A stretch of DNA of 64,000 nucleotides from Octopus sinensis (GCF_006345805.1 NC_042997.1:207638001-207702000); one strand, 5' to 3'; positions 38,665 through 51,673 are shown, numbered from the stretch's first letter. Numbers and translations: made by a program. The notes: generated from the sequence alone by a model not told the origin.

Positions 38665-39244
38665 GTAAGTATCAATCATATGATATTGATTTATTGAAAG
38701 AGTTAATGTTTGAAGAGAACCTTATGCATGTTGTGTGAGAATCATAAAGCAAATGTCAGCATCCTGTTTAATATTTGTTCTTCCAAGTTATCATTGGAAG
38801 GAAGCAGAAGATATCGATGAACAGGACACTTTTATATATAAATAGAAGGGAAAAAGCCTCATGGCCTAACAACAGTTATGCGACTGATAAATAAGACTAT
38901 ATTCAAACATATTTCTCTGTTTTACTCTCTGTATTGGTGAGTTTTTCTCTGTCATGGCACGAGCACTAGAGAGGTTGTCATGTCCTCAACAACACTAAAG
39001 ACTCCTCTTGGGTCTGCATTGTCTCTCTTCATTCAACAACCATTTTACACGGTGGATTGGGTCTGTTTTATTGTAGCAGCAACATGAGTGAGGTTGCCTT
39101 GTCCCTTGCAGGACTAAAGAGTGATAGGAATGACAGTTGTGAGAGGAGAATATATTTATTACAACTTAATGGTTTCTTCCTGTAATAAGAAAATAATTTA
39201 ATAAAATGTCTATTACCATTTACTAGACACTTATTTTCTTTTAG

Positions 39245-39472
39245 ATTCTGGCAAACTTGACTCAAATAATAACCATTTGTCTGGAAACTGCAGAGAGAAT
39301 GGGTGCAAAGAGCCTTGCATTTCCTATATTAGGAGCTGGAAAATTGAGGTACCCCATTGAACAACTACCTGGAATTATGTATGAAGCTGTGAAAAACTAC
39401 TCAAATCAAAATTCAAGCCAGATCAAAGTTGTAGACTTTGTGGTTTATCCTCAAGACACAGAAATAGTAAAG
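39245..39472 (+). CDS. PARP14: PARP14-like exon, macro2 C-terminus (module A exon 3)
   Basis: ILANLTQIITICLETAERMGAKSLAFPILGAGKLRYP..FVVYPQDTEIVK; 228 nt. Confidence 0.92.
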
Positions 39473-41064
39473 GTTGGTTGTTATATTTGTTGTTTGTTGT
39501 TTTATGCAGCATTGGGAGGGGGAGAAGGTGCCGAAAGGAGGTGGGAGGAGGAAAGGTAGTCAGGATGGGGTGGGGGTAGTATGTGCCTATTCTGCTTTCA
39601 GGTGATAGAGGAAATGGTGGGTGTGAGGGGATGAAATGTGTGTGTATGGAGTGGAGAAGAAGGTTGACATGGCAGAGCCCGTCATTGACAAACATTATCA
39701 TTATTAGGATATCAATTCTGTTGTGGTGGGCATGTCTTCTTGAGTACAGCAATGTACCATATATCTCATCCCTTTGTCATCTCCTTCATAAGGCTCACTG
39801 TTTTGAGATTGGCCTTCAATTCTTCATCCCATGTCTTCCTGGGGTCTCCCTCTTCCACAGCTTCCAACAACATCAAATTCCAACTTGATATTTTTCGAAT
39901 TAACCCAAAACATATTCTGTAATTAATGAAGGAAATGATTATGAAGATAAAATATGGAATCAGTTTTGTAAATTTATTTGTTGGTGTCTTAGAATTCTTC
40001 AGTTGAAATGTTGGAATCTTTGATGTGTCTCATGGCCCTGTCTTCCATACTTTTAGGTTAGCTTGGTTTTCTTCAACTCTTCCATTCCATGATTTAATTC
40101 TTTGTAACTTGATATGGATTCAGTGTAGCTACCTCCTCCTCTACAACTACCACCACTACCACTACCTACCCACAACATCCTTCAACAATTCCATTTTGGT
40201 TACTGACCAACCAAAAATGTGTTAATGGCACCACCAGAACACTGATGGTTTTCTTTCATTTCTGTTCTTCAAAGTGGAACGCTTTGAAAACTCTTCCCAC
40301 AATTCTTTACATTTCTTCTCAAAGTTGGATGAATCAATTAAGGGGCTTCTATGCTGTGGCTTGACTTGCTAGTAATAGCAGCCAAGTGTCCCTGGCAGAG
40401 TTGTAAGGGGGTCAGATAGGATACCTTCTGCTATTTGTTTCATCCCTTGGCATTCTGAGCTCAAACCCTGTCATGGCCATGCTGGATTGTTAACTTAATC
40501 CGTCATTTGGTTTCACACCAACCCTCGGCACCTTGGCTATGTTTACTGGAATTATCTTTGTCACAAGCATTTCAGTGAGGTGTCTGGTTTGAGGGAATTT
40601 AAGATTTCAGCAAAGAAGGAAGGGGAAATGTTTTAACTTAATCTGAATCTAACGAAAGACTAGCTTGCTGTTTGAATTGGTCAGTGACTGAGTGAATTCA
40701 GCTGAAGATTTTTATGATGTCAACAAGTAATGTTCACAAGTATTGAAGAAAGTGATATATATAGAGAGAGAGAGCAAGGGTAAAAAGACAGAGTGTCAGA
40801 GAGAGAGAGAGAGAGGAAATACATGTGCTTTTAAGAATAGGTTCAGCATGGTGTCAGTCTGAGTGTTTTAAAGAACTGATTTCTATTATTATTATATTTT
40901 AAAAGGATGGATGTAACTCTTCTCAAAGGTAAACAGACAAGACAAAGAGCATGATGGGATTGCAATAGATATTTCATTGGTTGAATGATATTTCAGAAGC
41001 CATCTGGTTCGCCAGTCCTCAGTCAAATCGTTCAACCCATGCTAGCATGGAAAGCAGACGTTAA

Positions 41065-41128
<64 letters not shown>

Positions 41129-41349
41129 AGAAGCCTGTCTTTGTCGAGTTCAAAGGGAAAAGTGATAAAAATTCAAAATTATAGAAATTCAAATCTAAAT
41201 TATGAACGAGAGCAACCAGCATCCACACGTTGATGGAATAACATCATCAGTTTTTAAGCTTCAATTTTTGAACTGGTGAAAAGAAAAAAAAAATGAAAGA
41301 AAAAAGAAAAGGAAAAAGAAGAATATTTAATCAAACAGTTTTGTGAAAT

Positions 41350-42870
41350 TCTTTCATTTTATTCATTCATCCAGGCCATGATTTTAATAACCCACAAACA
41401 TTTCTCCTCATGCATTTTGAGTATTGAAAGTGAAACAGATTTAGAATATTTACTGAGAATATGCACTTTCTCGAGTCTTTTTCAAAATTGCAGCCATTTG
41501 ATGCAAAATGTTCAGCAAGTTCCGTCCAATTACCGTTATTGTGCCTGATGTCATATCTGTGCCCATTAAATCTTTTGTTTAATTGTTCTTTTGTGCAACC
41601 AACATAAACCAAGTTGTGTTTCGTGCATTCTGCTGCATACACCAAATGGGAATCTCTACATGTCCCACCTTCTGTATAAATCATAACATTTCTGATATGA
41701 TGCCTGATGGAATTCACTTGATTCATGTTGTACAGTGAACAGGGCTTACCTCTTTTGCGGCTGTTTTTCAGGGTACAGCATGCAGGTACCCCAATGTTAG
41801 TTTCCTTGGAGTCAAAAGTAGAGGTTAATAATTCTCTTATATTTTTTTTTTAGAAATAATTAATAGCCAGAAGGTTTATTACAAATAATTAATTGCCAGA
41901 AGGCTTATTAAAGATAATTCATATCCAGCAAGTTTATTAAAGATAATTAATGGCCAGCAAAGCTTATTAAAGATAGCACCAAGTTTTGTCAGTGAACAGG
42001 TCGCAGTTTTAAAGTGAAGGAAATATTTTGACACAAATGAAATTTAAATGTTGAAGTGAAACTAATGGTTTTTGTGTGTTCTTGAATGGCTTACAAACAT
42101 CTTCCATGCTGCAATTGTTTTGTTTCAGCACATGGTCTCAGATCAAGTCACTTGCTATGCAAGTACATCTCTGTAATAGTTAGAAGGTTTATTAAAAATA
42201 AGTCAGAAAGTTTATTAAAACTAATAACAAGGCGGCTTATTAAAGATAATGAATAGCCAGAAAGTCTATTAAAAATAATAACGATAGAAGCAGTATTAAT
42301 ACCAAAATATAATCTTTATGTCTTTCTACTGTAACAAAAAGATGAAGGAAATTTCTGTCCCCTGTCGAACTGTTTGTGAACCTTTTCCTCTTTGAATCTT
42401 TTCTCTTTTCTTTGTCATGAAGGACCACGGTCTGAATTGTCAGGTTTCCTCTCATTCTTCCTTACAATGTCAAAATAATTACCCTGTACTCCTGTTTGTT
42501 CCTGAAATAGTTTTGGACAAACAGGATGTAACAAGAAAAACCCCAAATTCAACATTCTTGATAGACATTTTGACTGCAAACACAAGATCCAACAGTTCTA
42601 ACCATGATGGTAACTGGAGAGGAAAAACAGTGGAACTTCAGCTACATGAAGACACCATTACCACATGTTTAACTGCAATGACACCACATCGGTGGCCATG
42701 TAAAGTGTGGGAGGTTTTTCTGCTGCATTCACTCTGTTACCATATTGACATCGGTCTCACATCTCTCAGAAGACAGGAAGGCCATGGATGGAGTATCTTT
42801 GATCTGAATGACAAAGTAATTTTCCTCATTTCCTTATTACAGAATAGAAATGACTCATTAAATATTTCAA
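41350..42870 (-). mobile_element. Penelope-like element remnants including a GIY-YIG endonuclease
   Basis: CRDSHLVYAAECTKHNLVYVGCTKEQLNKRFNGHRYDI..TELAEHF (41367-41726). The assignment of the 42380-42870 segment is weaker. Confidence 0.75.
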
Positions 42871-42970
42871 ATATTTTGTTTGTCTTTTGTTAAATTAAAT
42901 CTATTCTTTTTGCAAAAATGGGAAAATAAAACATAAAAATGATTCTCATTGTTTTTTTCCTTTTTAAAAG

Positions 42971-43025
42971 AAATTTTATGAATATCTCCAAAACAGACAG
43001 AAAAATGAAAGACTTCTTCCAAGAG
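42971..43025 (+). CDS. PARP14: PARP14-like linker exon (module A exon 4)
   Basis: tttaaaag|KFYEYLQNRQKNERLLPR G|gtaaac; 55 nt, phase 0 to 1; paralogous to 51576-51639. Confidence 0.8.
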
Positions 43026-43096
43026 GTAAACAATTTGTTTGTTAATATTGAATATTATGGTGCCTTGTCATGTCTTTCTCTGTTAAACATTACTGA

Positions 43097-45061
43097 TTAT
43101 TATTATTATTATTCAGTAGTTTTATTTTTATAGCGTGCTTTCACTTCACTACCGAGCGCAGCTCTGTGTGCCTTGGGTATGTGCTGTGATTTGTTGTGAT
43201 GCTCTGATGGTTACTATATTGAAAGTGTTCTGCGTAGGATGTGTGCAGTGCCTAGTAGTGCAATTTTCTGTATGTTATATGTGTTTGTAAGTCCTGGTGT
43301 TTTTGTTATGTATTTGTCTGAATATTTTTTTATCATGCCTAATGCACCTACTATGATAGGAATTGTTTCTGTTTTAGATTCCACATTCTAGTTATCTCTA
43401 TTTCCAGATCTTTGTATTTTGAGAGTTTCTCCATTTCTTTTAGAGACACGTTGTCATCTGCCGGTATTGATACATCAATTAGAAAGCATTTTTTTTTTCA
43501 TGATCTCTGATAACTATATCTGGTCTGTTGGCCTTAATTTCTCTATCTGTGTGTATCGGCATATCCCAGAGTATGGTCGCTTTCTCATTTTCTGTGACCT
43601 TTTCTGGTATGTGCCTCTACCATCTTTTTTCTGTTGTTATTCCATAATGTTGGCATAGCTTCCAGTGTATGTAGGTCCCAAATCTGTCGTGTCTGTGAAT
43701 ATATTCCTTCTCAGCCAGGACTGGGCAGCCAGAGATAATATGATTTATTGTTTCTTGTCCATCTCCACATATTCTGCAGTTACTTGTTATATTTCTTTTC
43801 ATTATATGTTTTTGGTAATTTCTGGTGGGGAGGCTTTGGTCTTGTGCTGCAATTAAAAATCCCTCTGTCTCTGCTTTTAGTCCTGAGCTTCTCAACCACT
43901 GCTGGGATTTTTCTTTGTCTATTTCTTTTGCATTTAGTTTAGTCCAATACTTGCCATGAAGGGGCTTTTTTTGCCATCATTTTATCATGGTCCGTTGCTG
44001 TTCTAGTTTTAATTTGGATTTCATTTGTTTTATAGCTTTTGTTGTTTCTTCTTCTTCATAGTTGTTAGGTGGTATGACTTCTTTTTTGCATTTGTCAGCT
44101 TCCTTAAATACTGAGAACAATTTTTTGTTTTGCTCGTGTTTTTTCCGCTATTTGTATCAGTTTTCCTTGCTTCTGAAGTAGATATTTTTGCAGTCCTATG
44201 GTGGTTATTTCATAATAGTTTTCCAGCTTTATAAGGCCTCTACCACCTTCTATACGTTGTAGCCTTTCTATGTCAGATTTTGGGTGATGCATCCTAGATC
44301 CTGTCATTATTTTTCTTGTTTTCCTATCTATTTTGGTGAGTTCATTTAGTGTCCAGTTAAGATATTGTAGCTGTAACTTATAACTGGGATGGCTAAAGTG
44401 TTAATACCTATCATCTTGTTTTTAGCATTGAGCTCTGTTTTTAGTATTGATCTAACTCGTCTATAGTATTCTTTCTTTATTTTCTCTTTCATTTGTGTGT
44501 GTTGTGTCTTATCTAGTTCATGGATTCCTAAATATTTGTAAGTTTGGCTTTGGTCTAATTCTCTTATTTCATTGGCTTTATCTAGTGTGATGTTGCTACT
44601 CTTAACTAGTTTTCCTCTTTTCAGGGTTACTTTGTCGCATTTTTCTAATCCAAATTTCATATCTATTTCTTTGTTAAATCCATGAACTGTCTTTAGTAGT
44701 GTTTCCAGCTGTTTGTCATTTGTAGTGTATAGTTTTAGGTCATCCACATATAAAAGGTGGCTAATCATTTTGCTGTAACATTTATATCCACATCCAGTTC
44801 TATGTAGCATATCAGATAGAGGTGACAGTGCCAAGCAGAAAAGGAGTGGAGAGAGCGTGTCTCCCTGGAATATTCCTCTTCTAATGGGGATGGCTTTGGT
44901 TTTCACAAGTCCCTCTTTTGTTTGGAGCTGTAACACTGTTTGCTATTTATTCATAGAGTGTCCTATGTATTTTATAATTGTTGGTGCTACTTTGTTAATG
45001 GCTAGTGTTTCGAGGATCCATGTTTGGGGGATGCTATCAAACACCTTTCTGTAGTCGATCC
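43097..45061 (-). mobile_element. R4/Dong-like LINE copy 1 (RT plus RLE, (TAA)n tail)
   Basis: GIFQGDTLSPLLF..HLLYVDDLKLY..FGLEKC..YKYLGI..KTELNAKNK; LKAETEGFLIAAQDQ..CRIC..ETINHIISGC. Confidence 0.92.
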
Positions 45062-46639
45062 TTATTATTATTATTATTATTATTCTATGTTTGACTTTTG
45101 CTTTTCATTTGTACAATTTGGCTCCAAGTCTCACCCAGAAGTTCATGTTGTTGTTATACCTAGAGTGCCATATATTTGGTTTTGTATTTAGTGTTGTACT
45201 AGTGAATGTCTAAAAAAAAAAAACCATACGAAAATTATGTTTGTTTTAAAACTAGAGATTACATAGAAAGTATTTTGCGTAGGATATGAGCACTTCCCAT
45301 GAGCACTATCTTTTGAGTTTCTGCCATTTTGGGGTTTTCCTGGTATCTGAGTTAGGTAGCAATCAGCCTCTTTTGTTATCATTCCCAGGGCACCTATGAC
45401 AACAGGTATTGTTTTAGTCTTCAGGTTCCACATTTTGCTGATTTCTATTTCAAGATCTTTATATTTGCTCAGTTTTTGGTAGGTCTTGACAGATACGTTT
45501 ATTTCGATTGGGACAGTCATATCAATGAGGAGGCATGTTCTTTGTCTGAAGTCTTTCAATATGATGTCTGGCCTAGTTGCATCTATCTTTCTGTTAGTTT
45601 TAATGGTGAAGTTCCAGAGGAGTGAGATGTGGTCATTTTCAAGCACTGGAGGTGGTTTGTGTTCCCACCAGTTTTTTTCATGGGGCAAATCCAGGTTTTT
45701 GAAAATTACCCAGTGAATATATTGTGCAGTTCTATCATGCCTGTTGAGATACTCTGTAGGCGCTAGAAGACTGCATTTAGAGACAACATAATCAATGGTT
45801 TCATTTTGTTGTTGACATACACGACATTTTGGGCTACTGCCGTTCTTTAATATGTTGGCCTGGTAGTTCCTTGTAGGTAGGCATTGATCTTGAGCTGCTA
45901 TGATAAACCCTTCTGTTTCAGATTTTAAGCCAGAGGCTATTAACCATTGATGGGTCAGGGCTTTGTCAACATCTGCATTATTCGCTCTCTTTGGTATTTG
46001 CCTTAGAGAAGTTTTTCTTGCCATTTATCATTCAGAATATCTAAGGCAGCAGTTTTAGCATGTGTTTTCATGCGCTTAGCTTTTTCTGTGCTTGTTTCTT
46101 GTGTGTCTAATTCCAAAATTTGTTGTATTCGGAATTCACTTAGATATTCCTTTGCCGGTTTTGTTACTGAGTATGATGCTTTCTTGTTTTCATGTTTTGA
46201 GACAAGTTTTAACATCCAGTCCTCAAAGTTTTTCAGGTAGGTGTCTAGGCCAATTGTAGCAATCTTCATTGTTATTGCCAGTTGTAAAAGTCCACGGCCT
46301 CCCTCTTTTCTTGGCAGATAAAGTCGTTCTATATCTGCCTGAGGGTGGTGCATTCTTTGCACTGTCAACAGTTTTCGTATTTTTCTGTCAAGATTACATA
46401 TCTCAGTAATTGACCAGTTAACGATATTGAAACTGTAAGTCACGACTGGTATGGCTAAAGCATTGATCGCTTCAATCCTGCTTCTCGCATTCAGTTCTGT
46501 CTTGAGTATTGCTCTTATTCTGCGATAACATTCTCTCCTGATCCTTTCCTTCATCACTGAATGCCATATTCCGTCCCCTTCAATTACCCCTAGGTACTTG
46601 TAGTTCTCCACTGGGTCTAACTCTTTTATGACATGCTGC
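45062..46639 (-). mobile_element. R4/Dong-like LINE copy 2
   Basis: YKYLGVIEG..KTELNARSR..RKEGGRGL; [33 protein letters not shown]. Confidence 0.92.
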
Positions 46640-46950
46640 TTATTATTATTATTATTATTATATGTTTCACTTTTGCTTTATATTTGTACAAGTTGGCTCC
46701 AAGTCTCACCCAGAGACCTCAAGAGACAACAGGTTGGAAGTTCACATTGTTGTTATGCCTAGTGTGCCATATATTTGGTTGTTTTTTTGTGTTGTACTAG
46801 TGGATGTCTAAAAAAAAAAAAATATTTGTTTTAAACCTTGAGATTACATAGAAAGTATTTTGTGTAGGATATGAGCAGTTCCCATGAGCACTATCTTATT
46901 AATTTCTGCCATTTTTGGGCTTCCTGGTATCTGAGTTAGGTAGCAATCAG
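46640..46950 (-). mobile_element. R4/Dong-like LINE copy 3 (3' end only)
   Basis: Same 3' UTR as copy 2; ADCYLTQIPGSPKMAEINKIVLMGTAHILHKILS. Confidence 0.85.
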
Positions 46951-47039
46951 CCCCTTTCTTCTTCTTCTTCTTCTTCTTCATCACCATCACCATCACCATC
47001 ACCATCACCATCATCATCATCATCATTATTATTATTATT

Positions 47040-47206
47040 AATGTGGCAAGCTGGTATTTCGTCTGCTGCTACATTCTGAGTTCAAATTCAGCCGAGGTCG
47101 ATTTTGCCTTTCATCTTTTCAGGGTCAATAAATTAAGTACCAGGTGAACGCTGGGGCTGATGTAATCAACTCACCCCTTCCCCAACATTGCTGCAAAATT
47201 TGAAAC

Positions 47207-47256
<50 letters not shown>

Positions 47257-47475
47257 GTAGTAGTAGTAGTAGTAGTGTGTTGATCAGGCAGAATCGTTAG
47301 CACACTGGATGAAATGCTTAGTGGTATTTTACCAATTGCTACATTCTGAGTTCAAATTCTGCCAAGGTCAGCTTTGTCCTTCATCCTTTCAGGGTCAATA
47401 AATTAAGTACCAGTGAAACACTGGGGTCAATGAAATACTCTCCCCCAAAATTTCAGGCTTTGTGCCTTTAGTAGA
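47040..47475 (+). mobile_element. Two SINE fragments separated by (TAT)n/(TAG)n
   Basis: ttctgagttcaaattc..gcctttcatc..agggtcaataaattaagtaccag occurs twice. Confidence 0.8.
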
Positions 47476-48537
47476 AAGGGTTATTATTCTTATATTATAT
47501 AAAGATTGACATAACCCCTCATTAAGGACCAGGTGATGCATTGTATTCTTGAGCAAAACCCTTCATTTCACGTTGCTCCAGTCCACTCAGCTGACAAAAC
47601 TGGACCCTATTCCAGCCTGGATGTTTCCAGTTTGGGGTTTTTGTTGTTTCCTCAGTTGATATCTGAGCCCTGCTTCTCCATCCTCAAGTCATGCATCCGC
47701 TTTCTATATCTTCTTACGGGGCTTCCCTCCATCATGAACAGGTTAACTCAAAAAAATAACACCCTGACAGCTGTATTCAATGCCTGAGTCCATTTTGTTC
47801 TAGCAGCTGTATAATGAAGACTGGGTCTGTGCTGCTTAGCCATGGGGCACCTGCTGGGTGACAGTCTCTCACCTGTAGTTTTGTCCTCGTTTATGCTGTT
47901 GTTTGTATTCTTTTATCCATTACTCATGCAGAAGAAAGTGTTGATAAGGTGTCACAACCCCCAGTGTTTTTATCAAGACACCATCTCTAGTGGGATCTTT
48001 TAAAAAAAGACTCAAGTGGACTCCTTCAACCCTCAAGAGTTTAAAAGAGCTATCCTTCGCTGGACACCAGCCTGGTATGCAGATAGGAGAAGTGTTAAAC
48101 ATGAAACATGGCAAACTAAGATGTAGCTAAGAGGTGGGGAGGGGGAGATTAGTGAAAGCAGAAAAAGGGATGATCGATGGAAGGGTGTGTGGACAGAGAT
48201 GATGATGCAAGTGAGGCGACTGGTATTAGCGAAAGGGTGGTGGTGGTGGTGGTGATGAATATGTGCAGATTCTGCTCTCAAATGGTTACAGCAGCAAAGA
48301 AGGACCGTAGTTAGAAGAGTAATGGAGGGATGGGTGTTAGGAAGATGAGATGTGGTGAAAGGGATGCTTCACAGGGACAGATGTGGGTGTAGGGCCCAGC
48401 ATGGGCATGAATAAGCACAATGCATTTAGGACCTCACTTTTGCTATAACAGATGTGTGTTTGTGTATCATTTTGTTCAACTTGGACCAGGATGGGATATG
48501 GACATTAAACCATGATGGGATAATGAGGATAATGGTC

Positions 48538-48569
<32 letters not shown>

Positions 48570-48570
<1 letters not shown>

Positions 48571-48845
48571 CGCCTCGACTGGCTTCCGTGCCGGTGGCAT
48601 ATAAAATACACCAATCTGACCATGGCCGTTGCCAGCCTCGCCTGGCACCTGTGCAGGTGGCACGTAAAAAGCACCCACTACACTCTTGGAGTTGTTGGCG
48701 TTAGGAAGGGCATCCAGCTGTAGAAACATTGCCAGATAAGACTGGAGCCTGGTGCAGCCTTCTGGCTTCCCAGATCCCCGGTCGAACTGTCCAACCCATG
48801 CTAGCATGGAGAACGGACGTTAAACGATGATGACGATGATGATGA
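48570..48845 (+). mobile_element. RTE 3' tail about 60 bp upstream of module B
   Basis: Nearly identical to 29985-30293. Confidence 0.85.
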
Positions 48846-48904
48846 TACACACACACACATACATGTATATATATATACAGACACAGATATTTGTTTATTT
48901 TCAG

Positions 48905-49041
48905 CAACCCCTTCACCAAACCCATCCCTTCCTGATCCACGACAGAAAGCACCCACCATGACACCCAGAACTAATGTGACATCCAGAGAAAATGCTGGCA
49001 TCAAAATACAACTATTGATTGATTCAATTTCTAATGCATCT
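48905..49041 (+). CDS. PARP14: PARP14-like exon, macro3 start (module B exon 1)
   Basis: ttttcag|CA ACC..GIKIQLLIDSISNAS|gtgagt; 137 nt. Confidence 0.88.
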
Positions 49042-49322
49042 GTGAGTAAATAGATTCATGTAACTTATTTATATTTAATTGTTATTTCATTTCCAAATGA
49101 GGAATCATTAAAGTTAATTAAAACATTTTCTCAATCAAACTCAAACATTTTATTTCCTTCACATCTGATATCTTGAGTATATCTTTTGCTAACTTTAACA
49201 ACCTCAAACTTACTACAGCCATTCTGTAGAGCCTTTCTTAACAACAATATCAACTGCAACAATGTATCTCTCTTCTCTCCACGGAATGTTCCTTAGCTGT
49301 TTAACATAAATTACTTTTCTAG

Positions 49323-49550
49323 GTTGATGTCATCGTTAACAGCACCAACGAACATCTCCAGCTTGACAGTGGTGCTATTTCCAAATTTATTCTCCATAAT
49401 GCTGGTCCTGAGATACAAGATGAATGTAGCCAGAGATATCCTCAAGGTATTTCTATGTCTGAAATAGCCGTCACTAAAGGATACAACCTCAAATGTGACA
49501 ATGTATTTCATCTGGCATTACCTGCCTGGGATGAAAATTCTTCTCATTCA
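49323..49550 (+). CDS. PARP14: PARP14-like exon, macro3 core (module B exon 2)
   Basis: VDVIVNSTNEHLQLDSGAISKFILHNAGPEIQDEC..LKCDNVFHLALPAW; 228 nt. Confidence 0.92.
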
Positions 49551-50376
49551 GTAAGTATCAATCATATGATATTGTTTTATTGAAAGAGTTGTTGTACAAC
49601 CCTAGGTAATCATTGATCCAGCATCCCTGTGGCATGAATGGAATTGTCCATAAACCTCTGCACAATCCACAGATGTGTTTTTCCAGTCATACAACACCTC
49701 CGTTTGCTTCAAGACAGTAGCATGTACTTTGATGTCCAGTGATGTACAGTTTGGGCTACAGTGTGACAGTCTGGTGTTGTGGTATTCTGTACAGTTTCCA
49801 AAGCATGGATTCTGGTTGTTTGAAATTGATGTAGACTCTATTGTAGATATTCCCTGAACATTTCGACTCAACCATAGTCTCTTGTGTGCAGTGGAGAGTC
49901 TTTTGTGCCTGTGGCACCCTGCCTTGTGGGTGGTTTTGTTGCTTCTTGCAGTATGTTCTCACCCAGATTTCCCTCTTGTAAATAATAATTAATCTCCCCT
50001 CTTCCAAATTATTGGGTTTTTTTTGTTAATTACAAAATTCCACCGGAATTACACTGTGCAACCACCAAATCTTGGAACATTTCTCTTTCCATTCATGGCA
50101 TCCATATCTTCACTCAGACCAGACTTTCTGCTATCACATGATCTATGTTGATCCTTCTGTCACATGATCTGTGTTAATCCAATGACCACATGATCTGTTA
50201 ATCCAATAATCACTAGAAGTTGTTTAATGTTATTCAAATGTCTAAAACATTTCTGTTTAGAACAACAAATTCTTTGTGGAATCTGTTAATCAAAGAATAT
50301 ATTAATTACAACTTAACGATTCCTTCCTGTAATAAAATGTTCATTATCAATTACTAAACAATTATTTTTTTTTTAG

Positions 50377-50604
50377 ATTCTGGCAAACTTGACTCAAATA
50401 ATAACCATTTGTCTGGAAAAAGCTGAGGAATTGGGAGCAAAAAGCCTTGCATTTCCTATATTAGGTGCTGGGATATTGAAGTACCCCATTGAAAACCTAC
50501 CCAGAACTATGTATGAAGCAGTGAAAAACTACTCAAATCAAAATTCAAGCCGGATCAAAGATGTTTACTTTGTGGTTTATCCTCAAGACACAGAAATAGT
50601 AAAG
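50377..50604 (+). CDS. PARP14: PARP14-like exon, macro3 C-terminus (module B exon 3)
   Basis: ILANLTQIITICLEKAEELGAKSLAFPILGAGILKYP..FVVYPQDTEIVK; 228 nt. Confidence 0.92.
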
Positions 50605-51575
50605 GTTGGTTGATGTTTTTGTTGTTTGTTGTTTTATGTTGATATTCTTGGAATTTACCAAAAAACAATATTCTACAAGAAACAAAGGAAATAAAAATGA
50701 TCCTCATTTACAGCCCTTGTTCCATTTTGTAATGGGTGCAACATTTTGACTGGCTCCAATGAGCCACAAGGGTTTATTAAACCCCAGTGTCTGCTTTGGC
50801 ATGGTTTCTATGGCTGGATGCCATTCCTAGTGCCAACCACTTCACAGCATGTCCTGGGTACCTTTCTTCATGCTACCTTTAATGCTGTTCATTATATTTT
50901 GTTGTGCTTTATCCTTTCATTATACCATTTCCCATCACCAAATTCTTGCATCTGAAATATTCCATTGTAACATTTGAAGCTAAGAATGTTTTGCTTGTTG
51001 TTGTTGTTGTATCCAAAACCAACTCTACAAGAATTGGTAACACTGAAGGACTTCTTTGCAGTTTGGCTGCTGATTTTATTGTTGTTATTTAACCCCGAGT
51101 CACATCTGATTCAGCAGATTTGAAGACAGTGATGTCTGTGTTCCTTTCACTCTTTGACACATTTCACAATGCCACACCAATAATCTCTGTCTGCCTCCTC
51201 CCCCCCCCCCCTTTCATTGTGTTTCTTGTTCTGTGTCTTTTCCAATAAAATCAATGTAATTGAGTGGAACTCAACCTCCTGTCGGAGTGGGGAAATCTCC
51301 AAAATATAAAATCTGTTACGGTCGAGAGTTCAACAAAGTAGCAGGGGTCAGCAAACCCTATTGTATTATTCTGTAAGTAAAAAATCCTCCCCAAACTACA
51401 GAATATTCAAAAGCCTGTTCCTCATAGGAAGTTATTCTATGATACAATAAATGGAAATATTAATTTAAAACAATATTTGTGATAGAAACAATGAATTAAA
51501 ACATTGCATAGTAATTAACAGAAATTAATTATTTTTTCATTGAGTGATAATGAATTATTTGCTTACTTTTAACAG

Positions 51576-51639
51576 AAATTTAAAGAATATTTCCAACAAA
51601 TGCCAGCAGATGGTTCATATGGTTCACATGTATCATCAG
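51576..51639 (+). CDS. PARP14: PARP14-like linker exon (module B exon 4)
   Basis: tttaacag|KFKEYFQQMPADGSYGSHVSS G|gtaaat; 64 nt, phase 0 to 1. Confidence 0.82.
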
Positions 51640-51673
51640 GTAAATTCTTTTGTTTTTTTTCTTATATTAAATA

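Noticed and set aside
40985-41233. Poly-arginine ORF
   Set aside because: This is the (GAC)n tail of an RTE 3' end.
42417-42893. 158-aa plus-strand ORF as a gene
   Set aside because: No recognisable domain; it lies antisense within a probable Penelope remnant.
49590-50040. Insertion specific to module B intron 2 with short ORFs
   Set aside because: Probably a decayed TE, but no family motif could be identified.
38019-50604. Mutually exclusive splicing of modules A and B
   Set aside because: A phase 0-to-1 linker exon at 42971-43025 joins A to B in frame, so tandem inclusion is the simpler model.
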